From assembly GCA_013416795.1 (NCBI GenBank), contig RQSC01000027.1, forward strand, positions 519,911 to 583,910: 64,000 nt of DNA. The letters run 5' to 3'. A program made the position numbers and the translations under genes. The notes beneath the pieces were generated by a model. It was not told the DNA's origin and made no database searches. It saw nothing but the letters and a program-made list of their open reading frames with translations. Below are positions 22,626 to 32,682 of the stretch, in pieces; position 1 is the first letter of the stretch; each line of letters starts with the position of its first letter. This stretch comes from Prasinococcaceae sp. CCMP 1430. Lineage: Eukaryota; Plantae; Prasinodermophyta.

Positions 22626-25549
22626 TCAGATCGAGTTCCTTCGGGCGGGGAGCCAGCTCTGGCGGCGTGCCCCTGATTCAGCGTAAGTTTCAGGGAGCGC
22701 GTGCGTGGCCGGGTGTCTGCTGGCACCGTATGGAGATGGCAGGTCGTCATTGCCGGACTTCTCGAAGGGCAGAAAGGCGAACTCGGAGTCGCCGTCGGCG
22801 ACCTCGTGCGAGCGCACAGGCAAGAAGCTGCGAAGAGAATTGTCAGCGCACGCAACTTTGTGCTCGAACTCAGCTGCGCCTTGGGTGCATCGAGCTGCGT
22901 GCACGCCTTCTCCTGTGCTCGTGCACGCGCATGCGCACGCACGAGCAACGAGCACGCGCGCGCGCACCTCGGCTGGCGCCACCCAAAGATTCTGAAGACC
23001 CTTGACAGAATGTGCAATGTACCCTCGTTTTCGTCCTCCTTGAGGGCGAGTGGTCGCATAATCAGGCCACAGCGCTTGCCGCCCACGCATACCGCAGCAC
23101 AGAACGCCAGGCCTAGCACGAGCGCCGCACCCGAGATTGCGCCCACTGCAAGCTGGCGCGTCGGGCGCCACGCTTGTGGCGGGCTCGGTGGCGGGCTCGG
23201 TGGTTGGCTTGGGGGTGGACTGGGCGGCGGGCTCGGCGGTGGTGGGCTGGGCGGTGGGCTGATGAGCCACTCGATTTGCACGTCTTCAACCCGTGTGAGC
23301 CCAAGTAGGGACATCACGCCGTCGGCTGCCATGCCAGCGCCACCGGAAGCAACGACGCCGACTCCTCCGCCGATCAGCCCACTGTCAAGAGCGATAAGTG
23401 CGTTCAGTATGATTGCCTCAGCGAATCCCTGCGTGCTTTGCGTCCCGTTGAGTGAGTTGACGCGGTCGGTGACATCAGCGGCGGGGGTAAGAGTTTCGGC
23501 CAATGCAGCCCAGGCGGTGCTTGCGGTGATGCTGTTCCGGGCGCGGCCGCCGGCGGAGCCACTGCCCCGGCCCGCTTGGTCATCCATTGTCGCGAGAGAC
23601 GCTGTATGCACGCGGATGCCATGATATGCTGTCGTCCCCGTGTCGACACCCACCCCAATATCTGCGCTTGCACCGTCCCTGGAAATGATCTCCGGGTGCC
23701 ACTCGACGGCGTGTGGCGACAGATTGTGCACCTCGCCGACGAGCGACGTCCACATCGAGTCGAACAGAGCACGTGATGGCGAGTGAGGGCCCAGGTCATG
23801 CCCGTCCATCCCGTCAAATACCGCATCGAAGCTCAGTCGCGCGGCGCCACGAGATGGAGGTGGGGGAGGTGCACTTTGGCGCACAGCAGGCGACCAGCGC
23901 GCGCGCGCGCGTGGCGTTGTCGTGCGCGTCAGTCATAACGTGCAGGGCAAAGCGTGGACGCAAACGCGCGCAAAAGCTCGCGTGACATACATCGGTGGGG
24001 TGCTTGGCGGCGAAATCGGTGGCGATGCCACGCGCGCAAAAGCTCGCGTGACATACATCGGTGGAGGGATTGGCGGCGAGGCCGGTGGCGACGTGGGCGG
24101 TGGCCTGGGTGGCGACAAAGGCGGAGGATGAGGCGGTGGCATTGGTGGTGGGCTTGGCGGGAGTGAGGGTGGTTGCCCTGGTGGTGGACTCGGCGGTGGA
24201 GAGGGCGGAGGACTCGGGGGTGGAGAGGGCGGTGATGATGGAGGTGGGGGCGGCGGGTGCGTAGGTGGTGGTTGCGGCGGCGGGCTCGATGGCGGGCTCG
24301 ACGGTGGGGTGCTCGGTGGTTGACTTGGCGGTGGGTGTGGCGGTTGTGACGGCGGAGCGCTCGGCGGAGGACTTGGTGGCGGCGCGGGCGGTGGCGTCGG
24401 TGGAGGGTACGGCGGTGGCGATGGCGGTGCACTGGGTGGTGGTGATGGTGGTGGTGATGGTGGTGGCGTTGGTGGCACACTTGGCGGCGGAGGACTCGGA
24501 GGAGGAGGTGGGCTCGGTGGACTTGGAGGTGGGGGAGGACATGAAAACGATGAATCGGGGTGTGTGCAAGGAGCTGGCGGCGGGCTTGGCGGCGGCGGTG
24601 GGCTCGGTGGAAGGCTCGGCGGAGGGCTTGGCGGTTGTCCTGGTGGAGGATTTGGTGGAGGAGTAGGCGGCGAACTCGGTGGCATGTGTGGAGGCAGCGA
24701 CGGTGGCTGTGATGGAGGAGACGAGGGCTGCGGGCTCGGTGGCAGGCTCGGTGGAGGACTCGGCGGCGGGCGCGGCGGCAGGCTCGGCGGTGGCCCCGGC
24801 GGCGGGCTCGGCGGTGGCCCCGGCGGTGGACTAGGCGGCGGAGATGGCGGCGCGCTGGGTGGTGGAGACGGAGGTTGGCTTGGTGGCATGCTCGGCGGTG
24901 GGCTTGGTGGCAGAGAAGGAGGCGGTGACGGCGGAACACTTGGAGGCGGGCTCGGTGGTGGGCTCGGCGGCGGGCCCGGCGGTGGACTCGGCGGCGGGCT
25001 GGGTGGGGGCGTAGGAGGTGGGTGCGGCGGCGGTTGAGGCGGCGGGCTCGGCGGCGGACAGTCACCGCCTGCGCCATCAGAGCCCCGCCCCCGTGCCAAC
25101 GACAGCGTGCTTTGAGTCAGAAACCCTGTGACAATGCCAAACGGGCGCGAGCACGAAAGCATGCACGCACCATCCCACTCGCACTCCGCCGTGTTTTGCA
25201 ACTCGTCGCAGTTCCCGTCGCCGAGCCGAAAGCCGACACCAATGCAGGGCGCTGGCCCCAGGCAATCACCGCCATCGTATTCGAACGCCGAGCAGTTGAG
25301 GTGGCCGTTGTCTGCGGTCACCGCTTCGGTGACGCACGCGCCGTCGCCCTTGGCCAGGCCAAGCATGCAGTACCTGCTGGTGCAATCCACAAAGTAGTAG
25401 CCGCATGGCAAGATGGAGAAGAGGTCGCAGCAGTCGGTTGCAGCGGGCATACCGGCCGGCATAGGGGGCATCTGCGCGCGGGTCGCAGGCGCGTGAGCAA
25501 GTACAGCGAGGACAGGCACGCCTGCCGCGAACATGACCGAGCGCTGCAT
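22626..25549 (-). CDS. Type I membrane protein: signal peptide, two LNR (Lin12/Notch)-like Cys repeats, long Ser-Pro/Pro-rich stalk, globular segment, TM helix and cytosolic tail; introns 25069-25170, 23874-23990 (or -24056) and 22828-22967
   Basis: MQRSVMFAAGVPVLAVLAHAPATRA signal; GDGAC...NCSAFEYDGGDC and LGDGNCDELQNTAECEWDG|GDC; many SPPPSPPP units; TM LAVGAISGAALVLGLAFCAAVCVG. All three junctions keep frame and have GT..AG ends. Confidence 0.75.
24057..25068 (-). repeat. Low-complexity (Ser-Pro3)n-type coding repeat (extensin/HRGP-like stalk)
   Basis: Degenerate ggcgggctcggc/ggtggactcggc units on + translate to PPSPPPSPPP on the minus strand. Confidence 0.9.
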
Positions 25550-25974
25550 GCCTGCACGCCGTCGGCCCATCGCAGGTGCCCCTTGTTCCGCGCACGTGGT
25601 GCGCTCCACCTGCCGCGTATCAACCGTGCGCCGCGCCTCGTCCCCGAGCGCACCTCGCACTGCGCACTGCGCACGCGAAGTGTCGCCCGCTGCCCCCCGT
25701 GCCCAACCCAACCCATCCCTTCTCGCACCCACGCGTCCTCCCCCTTCCCTTGCCTGAGCCCACCCCGCGCCCTCGGCGGCCGCGGCCCTGCGCGGAGGGC
25801 AAGCGCCCTCAATCCCCATGCCCCACACCCTCCCGTCCGCCACGCGCCCGTTCATGCGTGACCGCAGGAGACGAAGGGGCACATTTCACATTTGCCACGA
25901 TTTCGGTTTTGTCAGTCAAACCCAAACAAAATGCGCGCCGATCAAGGTAATTCACATTCGAGACATCGCTCATG

Positions 25975-25982
25975 AAACCCTA
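25975..25982 (+). promoter_or_regulatory. Telo-box-like AAACCCTA in a divergent promoter region
   Basis: Exact motif in the AT-richer patch between divergently oriented genes. Confidence 0.45.
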
Positions 25983-26237
25983 GCTTCTCGGGGCGAGCCG
26001 GTGCGCTCTCACGCGCGCTCGGGGGAACACGCGGCCCGCTCGGCCGCCTGCGCCGGCGCGCGGGTGCGCGGGTCTGCGTGCGCGCGTCGGGGCCAGGGCA
26101 GGTGGGGAAGCAGGAGGGCGCACGGGAGGGAGGGAAAGGGATGGAGGGGAGAGGAGAGAGGGGCTCGCGGCGGCGCGAGCTGGCACTCGCGCGCGCGCGA
26201 GCGCGCGCGCCCGTGCGCGGCGCTCAGCGGCACGGCG

Positions 26238-27170
26238 ATGTGCGACCTGGACGAGGAGGCGCGCGAGCGCGCCGCGTTCCTCGGGGTGCCAATGGCAGAC
26301 ACTGACAGCGATAGCGACAGTGACAGCGACAGTGACAGGGACAGCGCAATCGAAGGTGATGGTGATGCGAGCCGTAGGCCGCGCGCTCACCAAACCTCCG
26401 GCGCGCGAGAGGCCGCCGAGCGCCGCGCAGCGTACGCGCAGGCGCGAGCCGAGCGCGCGTACGTCGCGGGCCAGGCAGCGAGCCTCGCGGCGGCGCAGCA
26501 GGCCAGCGCGGCAGACGAGGCGATGCATGCCGCGATGAGCCGTGCAACAGTGGGTGACTACCAGCGTGCTGCCTGTTGTGGTGAGGGGATGGACGAGCGT
26601 CGCAAGGCCAGGCAAGAGGCGGAGGTAATTCCGCCGCTCTGCGTGCGGACGCTGCTCGAGCGCGCGTGTGCGCGAGCGGGAGTCGCTAACACGAGCACGC
26701 GCGCATGCACCTGCGCAACTCTCCAGGCGCGTGCTGAACGAGAACGTCGCAATGCGGCGGAGTTTGCCGGCGCGCGCGAAGTGCGGTTGCGCGAGGAGGC
26801 AGCCGCACGCGTCGCCCGGCGTGCTGCGCTGTGGGACGCGCACGAGGCCGCGTGGGACGCGCTGCCCGCACACGGCGTGGCGAGCGCGGAGACAGTCGTG
26901 CCGTGGCCGCCAGCACCGGACAACATCCTAGGAGGCATGATGTCGGCGCGCGGGCGTAGACGCGCACAGCTGTCAGATTCGCGAAAGGGCGGCAACGCCG
27001 GGTGGAAGGCTGCCTATCGCGTGGCCATGCAGCGTTGGCATCCCGACAAGTTCAGCACGCGCTTTGCGGCGGTTTTCGGGGATGACAAGGACGCAGCACT
27101 GGAGGCGGCGGCGCGATGCTCTACCATCGCGCAGGCGATCACCGCCGAGTGGGGCACGCGGATCAAGTGA
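26238..27170 (+). CDS. Protein with NFKBIL1-like C-terminus (VPWPP...WHPDKF, J-domain-like); intron 26625-26726
   Basis: (DS)n acidic tract, coiled coil, then VPWPP and WKAAYRVAMQRWHPDKF. GTAATT..CAG intron; TGTAA at 27203. Confidence 0.7.
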   Translation: MCDLDEEARERAAFLGVPMADTDSDSDSDSDSDRDSAIEGDGDASRRPRAHQTSGAREAAERRAAYAQARAERAYVAGQAASLAAAQQASAADEAMHAAMSRATVGDYQRAACCGEGMDERRKARQEAEVIPPLCVRTLLERACARAGVANTSTRACTCATLQARAERERRNAAEFAGAREVRLREEAAARVARRAALWDAHEAAWDALPAHGVASAETVVPWPPAPDNILGGMMSARGRRRAQLSDSRKGGNAGWKAAYRVAMQRWHPDKFSTRFAAVFGDDKDAALEAAARCSTIAQAITAEWGTRIK

Positions 27171-27226
27171 GCCACGACGCATGTGCGAACTCAAAATCCC
27201 AATGTAATACAGCATTTGGTGCAGCA

Positions 27227-28328
27227 TTAACTATCGGGTACGCACTCCATGAGCCAGGTGTTGATGATCACCTTCTCACCAGCGCCGACAGGGGCACCAC
27301 TATGCGGCATGCGCCGGTCCGCCTCGCCGTTGGCGAATGCCGGAAAGAAAACCAGCGCCGCGCCGCGCTGGGGAGCGACTGCGAGGCCACCGAGCGCCGC
27401 GTGGTGGAAGACGGTCTCGCCTCCTCGCTCTGGCTCACGCACGTACGCCACGATCTGGGCGAGCCTCTGACCGCCGGCCGCATGGAAAGCAGCGGTCGCT
27501 TGCACGTCTGAGTCGCCTGCCAGGCGCGCGTCCTCGTGCACGCGCTGGCGTTCGCCCGCGCGGTATCGCGTGAGAAGCGTCGTCTCGAGCCTAGTGTGCT
27601 CGGTTGGGCACAGGCGGCAGAGCGCGGCGCACCGCTCGCGGAAGCGAACGTTCGCCTCCTGTGCAAGCGCGACCGTGTGGTGCGTGCTGGCGGCTGGTGA
27701 GCCGCGGGCGAGCGTCCCCTCAGAGCCGTCGGGCACACCCAGCGCCCACTTGCTTCCAGTGAATATACGCTGCGCGTGGCTAACCGCTGCTGTGACCGCG
27801 CACGTGAGCATCGCCGCGCCAGCCACAAAGGCCGCCACGCCGCACGAGTACGCCATCGCGACCTCAGCCAGGCCACCGGAGGCATGCGCGGCGTGGGTCT
27901 GTGCAGCTGGCACGCAGCCCGCGACAAGTGCCAGTGGCGTGAGCATCGCGAGGCGAGAAACATCGAGCCGCACCGCTTCCTCGTATTGCACGCTTGGCAG
28001 CGCGGTGTCAGCGTCCGCCGCTGCCACGAGCGCGTCGCAGTCCCCGGAAGGCACGAAGTTCAGCAGCAAGTACACAGGAGGTTCCGCGTGGAGCTGCACG
28101 ACCTCTACGTCCGCGCCGAGACCGTGCAGCGCCAGCGGGGCGTACGAGCCCCCGCTGCTCCCAAACCAAGGCCCCGCCTCGTTTCGCAGCTCACCGCCTT
28201 TGCTGCTGCGGCGCTCCTCCCCTTGCCTCCACAGTGGCGCAGCAACCGTGGTCGCCGTTCCTAGCGGCAGCGTTGCGCGCGCGCGACCGCTCGCTGCGCG
28301 GCGCCCCCGGCGCGGCCGATGCGCCGCN
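27227..28328 (-). CDS. Prolyl-4-hydroxylase-like 2OG-Fe(II) oxygenase; start obscured by the N at 28329
   Basis: EPPVYLLLNFV...CDALV, RYRAGERQRVHED (HxD), GGQRLAQIVAYV, GGETVF, PQRGAALVFF, MPHSG (distal His) and EKVIINTW. Confidence 0.82.
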
Positions 28329-28750
28329 TCGGGATGCCACGATGACCTGCCGTTCGTAGGGCATATTCTCTCGTAAACGTCGGCGAAGCTTTCCTTGCCC
28401 GGAAGATAGGCGGCGCGCGTCACCAGGTTGAGATTCTGTACCATTGCGGTAGACGTGTCGCTGCCGCCCGTCACGAGGGCGCGCGGCTTGCACTCCTCGT
28501 GCAAGGGAAGCTCCAACAGCGCCCGACTGCCCGCCCCGCGCGCGCGCGAGGCTCGCAGCAGTTCTGCTGTAATTCGTTCGTTTGTGCGAAGACGCGCCGA
28601 CGTCTTTTTTCGACGATTTAGGGTCAGACCCTACTTATTATTCTCCGCCGCGGGGCATGGGCAGCCCCTCGCTCGACGGAGGTCGATCGCGGCCCAAAAC
28701 GCACGCAAACGCGCGCGGTTGCGCGCGTTTTCAAATTTCGGCCGAAGCGC

Positions 28751-31375
28751 ATGCGAACTGATGGCGCGCGCCGCGCGCGCGCGCGCGCGCGCTCAGCGCG
28801 TCACGCCACACCGCGCGCGGGACGACGCGCGGGCGTTGGCGAGACGCCGCCGCGCCCGCTCGACCCGGACTTCGCGCGCGTCGCCGAGGGGGGCGCCGGG
28901 GGCTACTCGCCACACATGACCGCCTCTGAGGCGTTCGCTACGGCGGCCGCCTCGCGGCGCGGCGGCAACGAGCGACTGTACGAGGCGTACAACGACCTGC
29001 ACGGCCTCGCGCACGACTTCAAGAAGCCCTTCGACGCGCCGGCGATCCTGGTGGTGGGCCACCAGACCGACGGCAAGAGCGCGCTCGTCGAGGCGCTCAT
29101 GGGCTTCCAATTCAACCACGTCGGCGGCGGCACCAAGACGCGGCGCCCGATCACGCTGCACATGCAATACAATGGCATGTGCGAGAACCCGCAGTGCTTT
29201 CTGGTCAACGACGACGGCGTGGAGGCCGAGCACACGCTCGACGAGCTGCGCGAGTACATCGAGGAGGAGAACCAGCGCCTGGAGGGCGAGGCCACCCCCT
29301 TCTGGGAGAAGGAGATCATCATCAAGATCGAGTACAAGTACTGCCCGAACCTCACCATCATCGACACTCCGGGCTTGATCGCCGCAGCGCCGGGGCGCCG
29401 CAACCACCGGATGCAGACGCAGTCGAAGCTCGTGGAGCAAATGGTCATGCGCAAGATGAAGCAGAAGGAGTACATCATGCTGTGCCTGGAGGATAGCTCG
29501 GACTGGTCCAACGCCACCACGCGCTCGCTGGTGATGAACGTTGACCCAGACCTCCAACGCACGGTCATCGTGAGCACCAAGTTCGACACGCGCATCCCGC
29601 AGTTCAGCCGCTCCTCGGACATCGAGCTCTTCATGCGGCCCCCCGCGCACATGCTCGAGACCACCATCCTCGGAGGCTCGCCGTTCTTCACCAGCGTGCC
29701 GTCGGGCCGCGTGGGTGGCACACGCGACTGCATCTTCCGCTCTAACGAGCAGTTCCGCGAGGCCGTCGCGCAGCGCGAGCTCGCCGACGTCGCCCTGCTG
29801 GAGAAGCGCATGTCCCGCCCTCTCGATCGCGAAGAGCGCTCGCGCGTGGGCATCAGCCAGCTGCGCCACTTCCTGGAGCACCTGCTGCAGCGCCGGTACC
29901 TCGAGAGCGTGCCCAGCATCGTGCCCGTCCTCGAGCACGAGCACCGCACGGCCGACAGCAAGCTCAACGAGACTCTGATGGAGCTCGGTGCGCTCGACGC
30001 GCAGCGTCTGAAGGAGCGCGGGCGCGCCTTCCGCGAGCGATTCCTGGCTCGGCTGCAGCAGGTGGTGCGTGGCACCGCCGACGTGTCGTCGGAGACCTTC
30101 GGCGAGACGCTCGCTGATGAGCATGTGCGCGGCGGCGTGTTCGTGGGCAGCACTGAGCGCCCGCTGCGCACGCAGAAGGCCTTGCTCGATCGCCAGGTGC
30201 CGAGCGCCAAGATGCGCCTCTTCGGCGGCGCGCAGTACCATCGCGCCATTGGCGAGTTCCGCGCGATCGTGGGCTCCATGGAGTGCCCCATGCCCACGAG
30301 TGAGGAGATTGCCAACGCGTGCGGCGTCGACGACATGCACGATGGCGTCAACTACGTGCGCACGGCCTGCGTGCTGGCGGTTGGCAAAGCGCGTCAGATC
30401 TTCGAGCCTTTCCTCTACGAGCTGGGCTACCGCCTGAGTCACGTTCAGCGGAGGATGCTGCCGGTGGTCCTGCACATGCTCAAGCGCGACAACGCCTTCC
30501 TGTCGGGTCACGACGCGTTTCTGCAGCGTGTGGGCGCAGCCTATCACAACTTCATCGACGAGACCGAGATCAAGTGCCGCGAGCGCTGCATGGAGGACCT
30601 CCAGTCCACCACGCGCTTCGTCACATGGAGTGTGCACAGTCACAGCGGCCGCGGTCTCAAGAACTTCCTCGCAGAGGCCCTCGGCGGCGGCCAGGGCTCT
30701 GCGGCGCGCGCGGCTGGTTCGGGGGGCGCGGGCAGCAGCGGCGAGAGGCGGGCCAGCGGCGGACGTGGTGGCAGGAACGAGGCCGCCTCGCCAACGCCCG
30801 GCTCGTCGGGGGCTTCGCCCGAGGAGGAGAACGAGCGGCTGGTCGATCTGCTCGAGAACGTGCTCTTCAACCGCGCGCCCTCGCAGTCGAGCCACGAAAT
30901 CGTGACCGCGCTCGTGCGCGAGATCTTCAGGGGCATCCGCGACAACTTCATGGCGAGCGCTACGCTCAAATTCAACTGCTTCTTCCTCATGCCGATGCTG
31001 GACGCATTCCCCCAGCGCCTGCGCGAGGAGATCGAGTCCGCCTTCGACGAGGACGTCGAGTCGGTCTTCAACGTGCGCAAGGTGCGCAACATGCTCGAGC
31101 AGCAGCAGCGCGGGCTTCGCGCCGAGCTCGACCGCATCGAGAGTTTGAAGGAGCGCTTCAGCGCCATCCACCAACAGCTCGCCACCGGACGCCGCGGGCC
31201 CGCGTCTCCGCAAGATGCAGCTGCCGCCGCTGCCACCGCGTACGCAAGCAGCGCAGCCCGCAGCCCGATGAAGGGAAGCGTCCCCCCCTCTACCGTGGGC
31301 AAGACGCCGCGCCAGCCGCTGGCGAGCGTGCAGGGCGTGGGTACCAATCTGCCTTCGACCTCGACGATGCGCTGA
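28751..31375 (+). CDS. ARC5: Chloroplast-division dynamin ARC5/DRP5B, intronless; alternative start at 28916
   Basis: LYEAYNDLHGLA...APAILVVGHQTDGKSALVEALMGFQFNHVGGGTKTRRPITL, IIDTPGLI and STKFD match the DRP5B/ARC5 GTPase domain. Confidence 0.95.
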   Translation: MRTDGARRARARARSARHATPRAGRRAGVGETPPRPLDPDFARVAEGGAGGYSPHMTASEAFATAAASRRGGNERLYEAYNDLHGLAHDFKKPFDAPAILVVGHQTDGKSALVEALMGFQFNHVGGGTKTRRPITLHMQYNGMCENPQCFLVNDDGVEAEHTLDELREYIEEENQRLEGEATPFWEKEIIIKIEYKYCPNLTIIDTPGLIAAAPGRRNHRMQTQSKLVEQMVMRKMKQKEYIMLCLEDSSDWSNATTRSLVMNVDPDLQRTVIVSTKFDTRIPQFSRSSDIELFMRPPAHMLETTILGGSPFFTSVPSGRVGGTRDCIFRSNEQFREAVAQRELADVALLEKRMSRPLDREERSRVGISQLRHFLEHLLQRRYLESVPSIVPVLEHEHRTADSKLNETLMELGALDAQRLKERGRAFRERFLARLQQVVRGTADVSSETFGETLADEHVRGGVFVGSTERPLRTQKALLDRQVPSAKMRLFGGAQYHRAIGEFRAIVGSMECPMPTSEEIANACGVDDMHDGVNYVRTACVLAVGKARQIFEPFLYELGYRLSHVQRRMLPVVLHMLKRDNAFLSGHDAFLQRVGAAYHNFIDETEIKCRERCMEDLQSTTRFVTWSVHSHSGRGLKNFLAEALGGGQGSAARAAGSGGAGSSGERRASGGRGGRNEAASPTPGSSGASPEEENERLVDLLENVLFNRAPSQSSHEIVTALVREIFRGIRDNFMASATLKFNCFFLMPMLDAFPQRLREEIESAFDEDVESVFNVRKVRNMLEQQQRGLRAELDRIESLKERFSAIHQQLATGRRGPASPQDAAAAAATAYASSAARSPMKGSVPPSTVGKTPRQPLASVQGVGTNLPSTSTMR

Positions 31376-31690
31376 GCAGCTTGAGCGCACGGTGGGCGAA
31401 TGGCGATTGGGGCAGGAGGGGGCAGCAACGCGCTGCACAACGGAGCATGAGCGCGTTTTCAAAATATAGCGCTCGCTCTCACACGCAAGTAAGTGTACCG
31501 GCCGAGTGGATATAGAACTTCTCGCACTTGCAAGCGTTACGTCACAGTGGGCGTCCTTGTTGGCGGCACGCGCGGCCGCTGTCGCTGAGAGGCGTTGAGC
31601 CTCACAACGGACACGTTGCCCCTAGAGCACCCCGCCCCTTGATTCTGCAGGCACTTGAAGTACATGCAAGTTACAACAAGCGCCAGGAGC

Positions 31691-32146
31691 TCACAGGCGG
31701 CCCTCCACCCCCTTGGACTGCGCAGCGCGCTCGGCAGGTCGCAGCGAGTCTTCCACGGCGCCTAGGAGCTCGAGCGCACCGATGTGCCCGTCGGCAAGCA
31801 CGGCATCGACTGCAGCCCGTGCGGCGGCGGCGTGCGCCTCTCTTTCCCTCGCGCGTTCGGCGGCGCCGGCGCCGCCTTCCTCCTCCCACCGTCCCGCCTC
31901 CACATCGCCGAGCCCCGCCGAGTGACTTGCTAACAAGTCTGGTTCTGTGCACTCGGCCGATTCAACAACTCCGTCTCTATGTGCGGTGGGGGCGGCAACA
32001 GCAGCGGCCGTCGTGGCCGCGGCGACCGCAGCCGTTGGGACGCCGGCGGCGGGCGGCCGGCCCCCCAGGGGCAGGGGCGCCGCGGGCAGCAGCGCGCCCG
32101 CCAGCCACAGCACTGCGGCTGCCGCCCGCCGCGCCCGCAAACGCAT
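31691..32146 (-). CDS. Hypothetical small secreted protein
   Basis: MRLRARRAAAAVLWLAGALLPAA resembles a signal peptide, and a minus-strand TGTAA lies at 31671-31675 just after the stop. No family recognised. Confidence 0.4.
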   Translation of the reverse strand: MRLRARRAAAAVLWLAGALLPAAPLPLGGRPPAAGVPTAAVAAATTAAAVAAPTAHRDGVVESAECTEPDLLASHSAGLGDVEAGRWEEEGGAGAAERAREREAHAAAARAAVDAVLADGHIGALELLGAVEDSLRPAERAAQSKGVEGRL

Positions 32147-32682
32147 GGCCTCTCCCCCGAACGGGGCCGAAAGGAACTGGTTGGGTAGGGCGGTGATGAG
32201 GGGGGACGGGACGGTGGGCGTGGGGGGGCGCGCCGCCCCGCGCCCCGGCGCCCCTGTGGCGCGGCGGCGCCGGGGGAACGCGAACGCGTGCCTCCGATCA
32301 TCGACGCGTTTGCACGTTTGGATTGCATTACTAACCCTACTCACCGAGTATGACCTCAACTTCTCGAAACCTAAACTTCGGCGTTTTGGGGCGGGGGAGC
32401 ATTCGAACCCGGGCGGCGCCAGCCGAGGTCTGGCGGGCGGCCCGCCCCCGACCCAGGGGCTTCCCCGGTGGCCGCCCCGGGAGCCTCCGCTCGCACCGGG
32501 ATCGTCCCTCCGTCAGACCGGGGTCGTTGGGTCGTTCGAGGGCAGCGGGAACGGCACACTCGGCCGCAGCGCCCAGGGTCGGGGTCGTCGGGGTCGGGGT
32601 CGGGTCGCGCGCACGGGGAGGATCCGGCGAGCGCGCGCGCGCGCGCGCGCGCGGGGGATGGAATCAGGGGCGCGCGTTCGAA

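Noticed and set aside
19601-26726. Stop-free introns of length 3n (19601-19744, 25069-25170, 26625-26726) as a regulated intron-retention system
   Set aside because: About a third of introns are expected to be 3n, and short GC-rich introns often lack stops. No excess is evident in this small sample.
22626-28328. HRGP-like gene near a P4H-like gene as a functional wall cluster
   Set aside because: An unrelated gene lies between them, the oxygenase does not look secretory, and P4H-like genes are numerous in algae, so chance adjacency is sufficient.
28329-28516. Apparent N-terminal extension of the P4H-like ORF (MELPLHEECK...)
   Set aside because: It is joined to the ORF only through an N of unknown true length and has different composition, so continuity cannot be supported.
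14568-31462. Very long antisense or alternative-frame ORFs (e.g. 14568-16931 +, 28793-31462 -, 2304-4076 -)
   Set aside because: They are shadows of genuine GC3-biased genes (SF3B1, ARC5, FNR). Stop codons are scarce at this GC content and the translations have no recognisable motifs.
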